The position numbers and the translations under genes were made by a program. A model generated the notes under the pieces. It ran no database searches. It was not told where the DNA came from and was given only the letters and a program-made list of their open reading frames with translations. Below, in pieces: positions 45,989-53,711 of a DNA stretch of 64,000 nucleotides (position 1 is the first letter of the stretch; every line of letters starts with the position of its first letter). Source of the DNA: Acutalibacteraceae bacterium (GTDB lineage: Bacteria; Bacillota; Clostridia; Oscillospirales; Acutalibacteraceae); the NCBI GenBank assembly GCA_045606785.1, contig JAZUSN010000017.1:187-64186 (forward strand), given 5' to 3'.

Positions 45989-48900
45989 TTAGCCGATTCC
46001 CAGTACGTTGGATACAAAGAATCCGAAGATACGGCTTAAGAATGCCATAATCTGCTGGAAGAATGACTGCTCAACAGGCTGCTGTTCTGTGGGCGGTGTT
46101 ACGCCTGTATCTACATCAGCGCCGGAGTTTGTTTCTGTGTCGTTGGTTGTAACTCTTGACCAGCGAGCGTAAAGAGTTGAGTAGTAAAGTGTTGTAACCT
46201 TAACTGTCTCGTCAACCTTAATACCGCCGGAAAGCTTGTTGTACCAGCCGACAAACTCGAAACCGTTACGTGTGGGAACAGGAAGGTCAGCATATGTGCT
46301 ACCGTATGCAACGTTTGCTGTTACGGGATCAACCGTACCGCCGTTTGCGTTGAGTGTTACTCTGTAAACATCGGGTGCATAGTTAAACTCAACAACAACG
46401 CCGCCCTTTGTGATAGTAACGAGCTTTGCCTTATCTGTTGACTTATAGCCCATGATTTCGGGAACGTTAACAATAACCTTTTCACCGATATCACCGTAAA
46501 TAGTGTCTGTGCTGAGAAGGATAACCTGCGGAACCTCGTTGCCATCCTCATCGATTACTGTTGCGGGATGAAGAATGCCGGAATTGTCGTAGCAACGGAT
46601 GATGATACGATCCTGTGCGGGCTCAAGGTTATCAATAGCTGCCTGGAGGTTGTCAATAATCTCGTTAACGAGTGACTGCTGAAGAACATCCTGTGAGAAG
46701 TCAATGCTCTTAAGGATATCTGTAACAGGGCTGAAATCCTGATAATCTTCAGGATTGAGTGAATTTGCAATAGAGATGAGCTTGTGAAGCTCTTCGAAAT
46801 CAGCTGACTTGTACTCAAGCCAATCGATTGCTTCAAGAAGGTTGATGTTAGCCTCATCGATCTGAGCCTGTGTAACCATCGGGTTGTTGAGGACTGCAAC
46901 CGCTGCCTCAAGATCCTTCTTGTAGATATCCCAACCGCCTGAATAGAACCAATCTTGACGGCAAGAAGAGATAGCTGCATCAACTGTAGCGCGAAGCTGG
47001 CTCTTATCGTAAGCAATGACACGAAGGTAGAACTTCGGAGCGGAGTTTGTCTGACCGCCGTTTGTTGCTATAGCTGTAACTGTGGGAGTGATAAGAGTTG
47101 TAGCAGTCTCGCCTGCTGCGGGAAGATTACCGGAGAATGTGAAGTTTCTGGAATCATCCTGGTTGAGTGTTACACCGTAGGAAGACGGCTCAACAACAAC
47201 GTTGGGATCGGAGCTTGTAACGTCAACATTGATAGATGAGAAAACACCGGAACCGATATTACCTGCAGAATAAGAATCTGCCATCTTGGTAAACGTAAAC
47301 ATAAGACCGGGAATCTCTTGGTAGTATCTGTAGATACTGCGGTCTGCGTAAACCGTACCCATGGGAACAGTTGCAAGATCGCCTGCGTAACCAGACCAGT
47401 TGTGATCTACGTGGTAGTTAAGAACACCGCTGTAGTCTGTGGACTGGATTCCGTATACACCTAAATGATACTTATTACGGATGTAGCCGGGGTAGCATGT
47501 ATTAACGTCAAAGTTGATTTCGTAGTCGCCTGCAGATACGAACGTGTAAGCATATGCTGTGTATTCCATACCTGTTGAGGGCTGAGTAAATTTGATCGTA
47601 GCTGTGATTACTGAATAAAGGGTTGCAGCAGCAGGGTTAATCTCCCAGCAGTAGTAATCGCCTTCTTCATACATCTGGCCAATCGTTGCGCCGCCGTTTA
47701 CAGTTGCAGATACGTTAGTGATAGCTGCGCCTGTGGACTCACGGAACTTAAGGACAGTCGTTGTATCTCTGGAAACAACGTCATCGATAATGACTTCTGA
47801 ACCGAGCTCGTAGTTAAGCTCCCAGAATTCAAGGCTGTTGAGAGCTGTACCGAGTCTTTCAGATACTCCGTCAACGATGTACTGATCATCAAGGTCGTAG
47901 TCACGGTCAATTGCAAGAGCCTCAGCATAAGCTGCTTTGAACTCTGCGATAGAGTGTGTGGTATAGAGTCTATAATCCTCTTCGGGGATAGCTTCAGCTC
48001 TCTTTATCATAACATCAAGAACGTTATAGCGCGCAAGAGAGATGTAAGCCTTAAGTCTGTTCTGTGACTTGAAGAGCTCCTGTCTTGCGATAGAAATCGC
48101 AGACTGTTTAGCATTAGGATCTGCTGCTACCTTATAAGCGTTTGCAAGTGCTTCGCTGTAAAGTCTCCATGATCTGTCAGTATAGACCTTGTTGCCTGCG
48201 CCGTCATCGTTTGCTTTAGCGTTGTTTGCCTCTGCATAGTTGATCTCGTAAGCAAGCTGGATCTTACAGGTCTCTGATCTGGGAGTCATCTCATCGTAGT
48301 AGTAGCCGAGTCTGTAGTAAAGGTTTTTAATCTCAAGAGCTGTAACGGAGTTCGGATTTTCGTTATATCTCTCTACGAGACTTACACAGTCTGAATATGT
48401 GTCGTCAAAGTTGGTGAACTCGAAGAGGTATTCGTAATCCTCTTCGCCGTATGTGAAGTAGCCGTCATCACTGTATGACAGGCCATCGTTTGACGGCATA
48501 TACTGCTGCATGAGCGTCTGAAGGTCTCTCATAGTCTTATTGGGATAACCAACGGGAGCGTTAACTGTAAAGTTATCGTTCTGGCTGAGACCGATGAGTG
48601 AACCGATAAGCGGAATAAGTGTCGGGAAGTTGTAATCTCTTTCTGAGTAAAGAGCAGAGAGAAGGTTACCTGCAAACTGGCCGAGCTTGCCGCCCTTTGT
48701 TGAGCCGTAAACAAGATCCTCAAGGTTCTGTGTGCTTGCGGGGATGATCTCAAGGCCGTTCATAAGGCTTGAAAGGATACCGCCGAGAAGGTCGAGAACA
48801 AAGTTTACAACGGGCTGATTGAGGATAGCATCGGGAGAGGAGTTCTTACCGATGAAGCTGAGGATCTTCTCAATATTGAGTGTCTGAACACCGTCAAGAA

Positions 48901-50623
48901 TTGCGCCGACGATAAGGGACTCGGATACTGTATCGTGAGTCTTCTGAATCGTAGTGAGCGTGGGATCGAGAAGTGTGAAGATTGTAGCATCAAGCTTCTC
49001 CCAACCTGTCATACCTGCAAGGTTCTGTCTTGTGTTGAAGATGAAGCCGAACTCTGCAACAAGCCAGCTAGCAAGGCAATCAACCATCTCGTCGAAGCTT
49101 GCATCGAATGGAATGTTGATATCGATGAGTGAATTGAGGAGGTAGATGAGGTAATCAGTACCGATTTCAATCCAAGCACCGTTTTCGGGATCAAGTGTAC
49201 CGTCTTCGATCATGCCGTAGTAGTCATTCTCGGGAAGAAGGTCAATAACAAGGCTGATGAGTATATAAGTAAGACATTCCTGAATAGTATCGCAATCGGG
49301 AAGGAATCTGACGCCTGCGAAGAAGTCGATACCGGGAGCTATAAGCATAATGATGTAGGAAATGAACTGATCAGTTGTCCACTCCGTCATATCCGGGAAC
49401 TCCGCATCCTCGGGGATAACCTCGGGAAGAAGCATCTGAAGGAGACCGGGGCCAAGCTCACGGAGAAGGCTAACGATATTTGCATAAAGCTCATCGTTGA
49501 TATCAATACCGTGATCTGTGAAAGCGATAATGCTGTAAAGAGCAGCAGGCTTCTTGATAACGTTACCTGCATCATCCGTTACAGTCTCACCTGCAAGGAG
49601 CCATGTAAGGGCTTTTTCAAGCTCGATTACAGGGTACTCTTCTGCATCGTAGGGATAGCCGAGACCAAGGTAGTCGTTGATGATACCGATAATTGTGGGA
49701 AGAAGACCGGGCTCTGCAGGATTACCGTAGGGCCACTCTTCGCTTACTTCGATATCCAGAGTATCGGGAAGTGACTCAACAAGTGTGGGAACAAGGATGT
49801 CAACCATAAGTGAGTCGATAGCGTTCTGGATAAGGTCGTAAGTAGAGCCTGATGTGATAGAGGTCTTGCCTGCCATGCTGGGCAGGAAGCCGGAGTAAGA
49901 CTGAGTTGAAACGTTGTAATCGCCGATAAGGAGCTGATCAACAACATCCTGAAGCAAACCGTCGATAGTAAATGAATCAATGGTGACACCGGCGGGAAGA
50001 GTATCGATCTCAGGCTCTGACTCTGCTTTGAGAAGGCTGTTATATATCAATGTATATATCATTTCCTTAAGGAAAGCAGGTATGTGATACAGGAAGCCCA
50101 TATCCGGATCATCAGGCGGAATAACGAGCTCCATAATGCCGCCGAAATCAATCGTACCGTTTACAAGCTTCTCAAGTGTGGGTCTGTTGTCGCTGAGAAA
50201 CTCAAGAAGAGCATAGAAGACTTCGGAGTCTTTATGTGTTTTTCTTCTGGGCTCAACAATCGCAGACTCATCAAGGTCCTTGAGGTCACCGACAAGGCTG
50301 AGACCCTGTGCAAAGTTGACCAGACCCATATCGAGAAGGTCTGAAATTGACTGGAATGTGTTATCAACTGAAGTAAGGTTGATTCTGATAGTACCTAAGA
50401 TACTAAGGTCAATCTCCTCGTTGATATTGGCATCGTACAGCACTGTATCCAGGAAGTCGAGCAACATTGAGCAGGACTGCTCATATGTATAGTACGGCTT
50501 ACCCAGGCTGTCGTAGCCGGCGGGTGATGTGTACGCCTCATAAGCTGAAGCTGTGCTTGCCATTGACGTCGCAAGCATAACAGCAGCCAGGAGGATACAC
50601 ATCAGCTTTTTGACTTTTTTCAT
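45989..50623 (-). CDS. Giant (1544 aa) secreted protein: about 870-aa unrecognised helical N-terminal region, FIVAR-like repeats, one Flg_new repeat, T/P linker, amphipathic C-terminal tail
   Basis: Start chosen at MKKVKKLMCILLAAVMLATSMASTASA (ATG 50623, GGAGGTG RBS) rather than the ORF-track start at 50791. Flg_new repeat ...NGFEFVGWYNKLSGG. The tail is SFFQQIMAFLSRIFGFFVSNVLGIG. Confidence 0.85.
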   Translation of the reverse strand: MKKVKKLMCILLAAVMLATSMASTASAYEAYTSPAGYDSLGKPYYTYEQSCSMLLDFLDTVLYDANINEEIDLSILGTIRINLTSVDNTFQSISDLLDMGLVNFAQGLSLVGDLKDLDESAIVEPRRKTHKDSEVFYALLEFLSDNRPTLEKLVNGTIDFGGIMELVIPPDDPDMGFLYHIPAFLKEMIYTLIYNSLLKAESEPEIDTLPAGVTIDSFTIDGLLQDVVDQLLIGDYNVSTQSYSGFLPSMAGKTSITSGSTYDLIQNAIDSLMVDILVPTLVESLPDTLDIEVSEEWPYGNPAEPGLLPTIIGIINDYLGLGYPYDAEEYPVIELEKALTWLLAGETVTDDAGNVIKKPAALYSIIAFTDHGIDINDELYANIVSLLRELGPGLLQMLLPEVIPEDAEFPDMTEWTTDQFISYIIMLIAPGIDFFAGVRFLPDCDTIQECLTYILISLVIDLLPENDYYGMIEDGTLDPENGAWIEIGTDYLIYLLNSLIDINIPFDASFDEMVDCLASWLVAEFGFIFNTRQNLAGMTGWEKLDATIFTLLDPTLTTIQKTHDTVSESLIVGAILDGVQTLNIEKILSFIGKNSSPDAILNQPVVNFVLDLLGGILSSLMNGLEIIPASTQNLEDLVYGSTKGGKLGQFAGNLLSALYSERDYNFPTLIPLIGSLIGLSQNDNFTVNAPVGYPNKTMRDLQTLMQQYMPSNDGLSYSDDGYFTYGEEDYEYLFEFTNFDDTYSDCVSLVERYNENPNSVTALEIKNLYYRLGYYYDEMTPRSETCKIQLAYEINYAEANNAKANDDGAGNKVYTDRSWRLYSEALANAYKVAADPNAKQSAISIARQELFKSQNRLKAYISLARYNVLDVMIKRAEAIPEEDYRLYTTHSIAEFKAAYAEALAIDRDYDLDDQYIVDGVSERLGTALNSLEFWELNYELGSEVIIDDVVSRDTTTVLKFRESTGAAITNVSATVNGGATIGQMYEEGDYYCWEINPAAATLYSVITATIKFTQPSTGMEYTAYAYTFVSAGDYEINFDVNTCYPGYIRNKYHLGVYGIQSTDYSGVLNYHVDHNWSGYAGDLATVPMGTVYADRSIYRYYQEIPGLMFTFTKMADSYSAGNIGSGVFSSINVDVTSSDPNVVVEPSSYGVTLNQDDSRNFTFSGNLPAAGETATTLITPTVTAIATNGGQTNSAPKFYLRVIAYDKSQLRATVDAAISSCRQDWFYSGGWDIYKKDLEAAVAVLNNPMVTQAQIDEANINLLEAIDWLEYKSADFEELHKLISIANSLNPEDYQDFSPVTDILKSIDFSQDVLQQSLVNEIIDNLQAAIDNLEPAQDRIIIRCYDNSGILHPATVIDEDGNEVPQVILLSTDTIYGDIGEKVIVNVPEIMGYKSTDKAKLVTITKGGVVVEFNYAPDVYRVTLNANGGTVDPVTANVAYGSTYADLPVPTRNGFEFVGWYNKLSGGIKVDETVKVTTLYYSTLYARWSRVTTNDTETNSGADVDTGVTPPTEQQPVEQSFFQQIMAFLSRIFGFFVSNVLGIG

Positions 50624-50911
50624 AAAAAAGCACCTCCATAGATTTTGCTGGTTTGCGTCGGGCAGGAATGCCTCTATGTACAAACTAATAGCAAATACCG
50701 ATACCACTAGGTATACAGTTATACTATTATGCATAGTGATTGTATCATAAGATTTATGCAAATGCAAGTTAAATAGCAATAAAAAAATCAAATTTTTTAC
50801 AAAAAATTGTACATTGTGTTAAGTTAGAATTATCATTACCACAAAATATAGTAATCTGTCGGAATACAGACACATTTCATTTCATCCAAGCTGTTACAAA
50901 TCACTAACGTC

Positions 50912-50933
50912 ACAAGTGTGTTAACACACTTGT
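50912..50933. promoter_or_regulatory. Perfect 22-bp palindrome (candidate operator) upstream of the sORF
   Basis: ACAAGTGTGTTAACACACTTGT, checked as its own reverse complement. It overlaps a TTGTCA -35-like hexamer about 70 nt before the sORF start. Confidence 0.45.
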
Positions 50934-51001
50934 CAAATCCGACTAAATATGTTACCATTGTTTAAATGCATATTACATTAAATGATAAGGAGTGACCAAA
51001 C

Positions 51002-51178
51002 GTGAAAAAAGCTATTGCATACCTAACATCCGCAGCTATTGTTTTATCTGCAACCGCCATCCCATCTTTGGCCGCAACGGTTGACCTGCCACCGGAGTTT
51101 GCAAGCCTCACACCGATTCTTGAAATCGTACTTAAGATTGTAGAGTTCCTTTCAAAAATTATCGGCTTTTTCAGCTGA
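51002..51178 (+). CDS. Unannotated 58-aa secreted peptide with amphipathic C-terminal helix
   Basis: Below the ORF-track cutoff. AAGGAG lies 8 nt upstream of GTG 51002. The translation is VKKAIAYLTSAAIVLSATAIPSLAATVDLPPEFASLTPILEIVLKIVEFLSKIIGFFS. It has a signal peptide with an AxA-like site (SLA-A), a stop at 51176-78, and a strong terminator follows. Confidence 0.65.
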   Translation: MKKAIAYLTSAAIVLSATAIPSLAATVDLPPEFASLTPILEIVLKIVEFLSKIIGFFS

Positions 51179-51193
51179 TGTATAAAGAGAACG

Positions 51194-51229
51194 AAAAGAG
51201 GATGTCTCGCGCAGAGACATCCTCTTTTT
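51194..51229. terminator. Bidirectional rho-independent terminator
   Basis: AAAAGAGGATGTCTC / GAGACATCCTCTTTT is a 15-bp perfect stem. Confidence 0.9.
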
Positions 51230-51248
51230 ATTGTTTTGAAGTTTAAGA

Positions 51249-52829
51249 TCAATCTTTTTTATCGCTGTTTTCCGAAACAGCCTTCTGTGCAGCCTTAACC
51301 TTGTCGAGTGACTCCGCATCACCCTGAGTAACCTCAGAGGTCATCAATGCACGGCGGGCAAGCAGCTCTTCGTACATCTTATCGCGCTTTTTACCCGTAA
51401 GATCGTAGAACAGAAGCGGAATAATACCGAGTGTTGTTGTGATAATGGGAAGGACGGTACACATAGCAAACAACCAGAACTTTGTTGAGTCAGTCTGAGC
51501 AGAACCGCTTGTGTAAGCGTTGATATCATAGCCGATCCACTTTTTAAACATCGTCTTAACAGCACCGCTGAGTACGCCTGCAAGCTTCTGCGCAAGGCCC
51601 TTTGCAGCTGAGGTCATAGCCTCTGTGCGGTAGCCATTCTTCCACTCGCAGTAGTCCATAGCTTCGTTGTACATTTCACTGGGGATAACGTTACGAAGGC
51701 CGTAGAAGAACATATATACGGTTTCCTGAAGTGCAAAAGCAATACCCATAGGAACTACCTTCTTGTAAAGGCCGTTCTTTTTGCCGCCTATGCAGCCGAA
51801 CAGGAATACGGGAATATACGTAATATCAATACTGTACTTACCAAGGATAGCAAGCGCACGTGTTGACATTTTCTTACGGAACCACGGAACAAGTGCATAA
51901 GAGAACGGGTGGACGATTGCGCCGGGGATACCAACGACCGTGCCGAGAGTAGCAAAGTTGAGAACGTCAATGAAGTAATCCTTCTTACTGCCGCTGAGAA
52001 GCGAGAAGCTGCTGAGCGTATCTGAAAGAGTGAGAAGAAGAATAGGCTTATTGTTGATGATTGACTTAACGCCTTCTTTGATACTAGGTGTTTCAATCGA
52101 CTGCATAACGCGCTCTTTTGTGATTGAAGCAAACCAAAGTGCTGCGATACCGCTGACAAGCGAAGTAAATACACCCATGCCCATAAATACAGAACGATAA
52201 GCTTTTTCGTAGCTACCTTTAGCAACGATCTGGTTACCGATAAGGTCAAGGACAACGTCCATTATCTGTTGGGGTAACTTCTCACCGAGGAAGCCCGAGA
52301 AGAACTGAGCCTGCGTAATCAGTCGCGTTCGTTCCAATGGGTTTGGTGTTATGGTTGCGAGCATACCCGTCTGTGCAAAGCCACGGAAAGTGCCGCCCGT
52401 TTCTCGCAGAAGTGCAAGAAGAAGGTAGAAGAAAAACTTTGCCATTGAATCGCCGGCCGCACTCGGGAAGAGCGCAGGCATAAGCCAATAAAGGCAGGTT
52501 GCGATCGTGCCGGGAATACCGAGAACGATAAGGTAGGGCTTGAACTTACCCCAACGGGTACGCGTTTTATCAACTATAGCACCCGAAAAGGTATCATTCA
52601 CAACGTCCCATATACCGTTTATGAAATTAGCTATTGTCTGAAGCTCCAGATTAAGTTTGAAGATCGTGGTAATGAAACGCTCGGAATATGTATTGATATT
52701 AAAGCTTTGGGCCATATCAAATATTACATAACCGACAGTTTCTTTAGTACCGACGTAACGTCTGTTTTGCTTGGCGTAAAAGTCTTCGGTGTACTGCGGT
52801 GCATCAGCCGCTTTTGTCTTTTCTGCCAA
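51249..52829 (-). CDS. GPH-family (MelB-like) glycoside/pentoside/hexuronide:cation symporter
   Basis: DVVNDTFSGAIVDKTRTRWGKFKPYLIVLGIPG is the GPH signature, with about 12 TM segments. The start is proposed at TTG 52829, 8 nt after AAGGAGG. The ORF-track ATG at 52949 would add 40 aa. A hydrophilic C-terminal tail of about 55 aa is present. Confidence 0.8.
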   Translation of the reverse strand: MAEKTKAADAPQYTEDFYAKQNRRYVGTKETVGYVIFDMAQSFNINTYSERFITTIFKLNLELQTIANFINGIWDVVNDTFSGAIVDKTRTRWGKFKPYLIVLGIPGTIATCLYWLMPALFPSAAGDSMAKFFFYLLLALLRETGGTFRGFAQTGMLATITPNPLERTRLITQAQFFSGFLGEKLPQQIMDVVLDLIGNQIVAKGSYEKAYRSVFMGMGVFTSLVSGIAALWFASITKERVMQSIETPSIKEGVKSIINNKPILLLTLSDTLSSFSLLSGSKKDYFIDVLNFATLGTVVGIPGAIVHPFSYALVPWFRKKMSTRALAILGKYSIDITYIPVFLFGCIGGKKNGLYKKVVPMGIAFALQETVYMFFYGLRNVIPSEMYNEAMDYCEWKNGYRTEAMTSAAKGLAQKLAGVLSGAVKTMFKKWIGYDINAYTSGSAQTDSTKFWLFAMCTVLPIITTTLGIIPLLFYDLTGKKRDKMYEELLARRALMTSEVTQGDAESLDKVKAAQKAVSENSDKKD

Positions 52830-53021
52830 AAAACCCGCCTCCTTGTATAAATTCTTGTTGATTATACCATAAAGAACAAATGAAATCAAGATAACATTCA
52901 CGCAAACGGAAGAAAATAATTGTAAAATTTTTTTAATAATTATCTTCAAGCAAATAGGAATCTCATTTTATATCTGCTGTGTGCATATGGTTTTAGAAAC
53001 AGATATAAAGGAGACGAATAT

Positions 53022-53711
53022 ATGCTTTTTGAACTTATCAGCACCGTGTTTTCAAACGTGATGTATTTTGCGCTGCACATCCGCAACGCAAACTCATTTC
53101 CGAAGCCACTAAGCGCAAAAGAAGAGCGGCTTTGCTTCGAGAAAATGAAGGAGGGAGACAAGCAGGCAGCGCAAAAGCTGGTTGAACACAACCTCAGGCT
53201 AGTTGCCCACGTAACCAAAAAATACTACTCTCTTACCGCAGACAGCGATGACCTTGTTTCCATCGGCACAATCGGGCTCATAAAGGCGGTAAACTCATTT
53301 GACATAAACAAAGGCGCACGCTTTGCAACCTATGCCGCACGCTGCATCGAAAACGAAACGCTTATGTACCTTAGAAGTATGAAGAAAGCCTCACAGGATA
53401 TTTCGATAAACGACCCTATCGAATCGGACGGAGAAGGCAATCCCCTCACCTACAGCGATGTAATTTACGAAGATGATACCATTGCAGACGATATTGACCT
53501 GAGCGAAAAAACAAAAAGAATATACGATTTTGTCGAAAATATGAAAAACAAGGCAGAAAAAGAAATCATAATATGCCGCTACGGTCTGTACAACACAAAA
53601 CCGCTGACACAACGTGAGGTTGCGCAGCGGTTAGGTATATCAAGGTCATATGTATCACGCATTGAAAAAAGGATACTTGAGCGTATGCGCGAATTTATGG
53701 AAAATCAATGA
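53022..53711 (+). CDS. sigK: Sporulation sigma factor K (pro-sigma-K), uninterrupted
   Basis: Pro-sequence followed by NANSFPKPLSAKEE...GDKQAAQKLVEHNLRLVAHVTKKY...SIGTIGLIKAVNSF...ATYAARCIENE closely follows SigK. The GxxxARxxLIEHNLRLVAH type distinguishes it from SigE. Confidence 0.85.
   Translation: MLFELISTVFSNVMYFALHIRNANSFPKPLSAKEERLCFEKMKEGDKQAAQKLVEHNLRLVAHVTKKYYSLTADSDDLVSIGTIGLIKAVNSFDINKGARFATYAARCIENETLMYLRSMKKASQDISINDPIESDGEGNPLTYSDVIYEDDTIADDIDLSEKTKRIYDFVENMKNKAEKEIIICRYGLYNTKPLTQREVAQRLGISRSYVSRIEKRILERMREFMENQ

Noticed and set aside
50624-50791. Upstream extension of the giant-protein ORF (start at 50791)
   Set aside because: The extension has no RBS and would bury the obvious signal peptide. 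ATG 50623 follows GGAGGTG and begins MKKVKKL plus a hydrophobic core.
50962-51252. 96-aa minus-strand ORF
   Set aside because: It is antisense to the sORF at 51002..51178. It would read through the strong bidirectional terminator at 51194..51229, and it has no RBS. The plus-strand sORF has an RBS, a signal peptide and a terminator.
53022-53711. skin-type intervening element or split sigK
   Set aside because: The ORF is continuous from the pro-sequence through region 4 (229 aa), with all conserved blocks in order.
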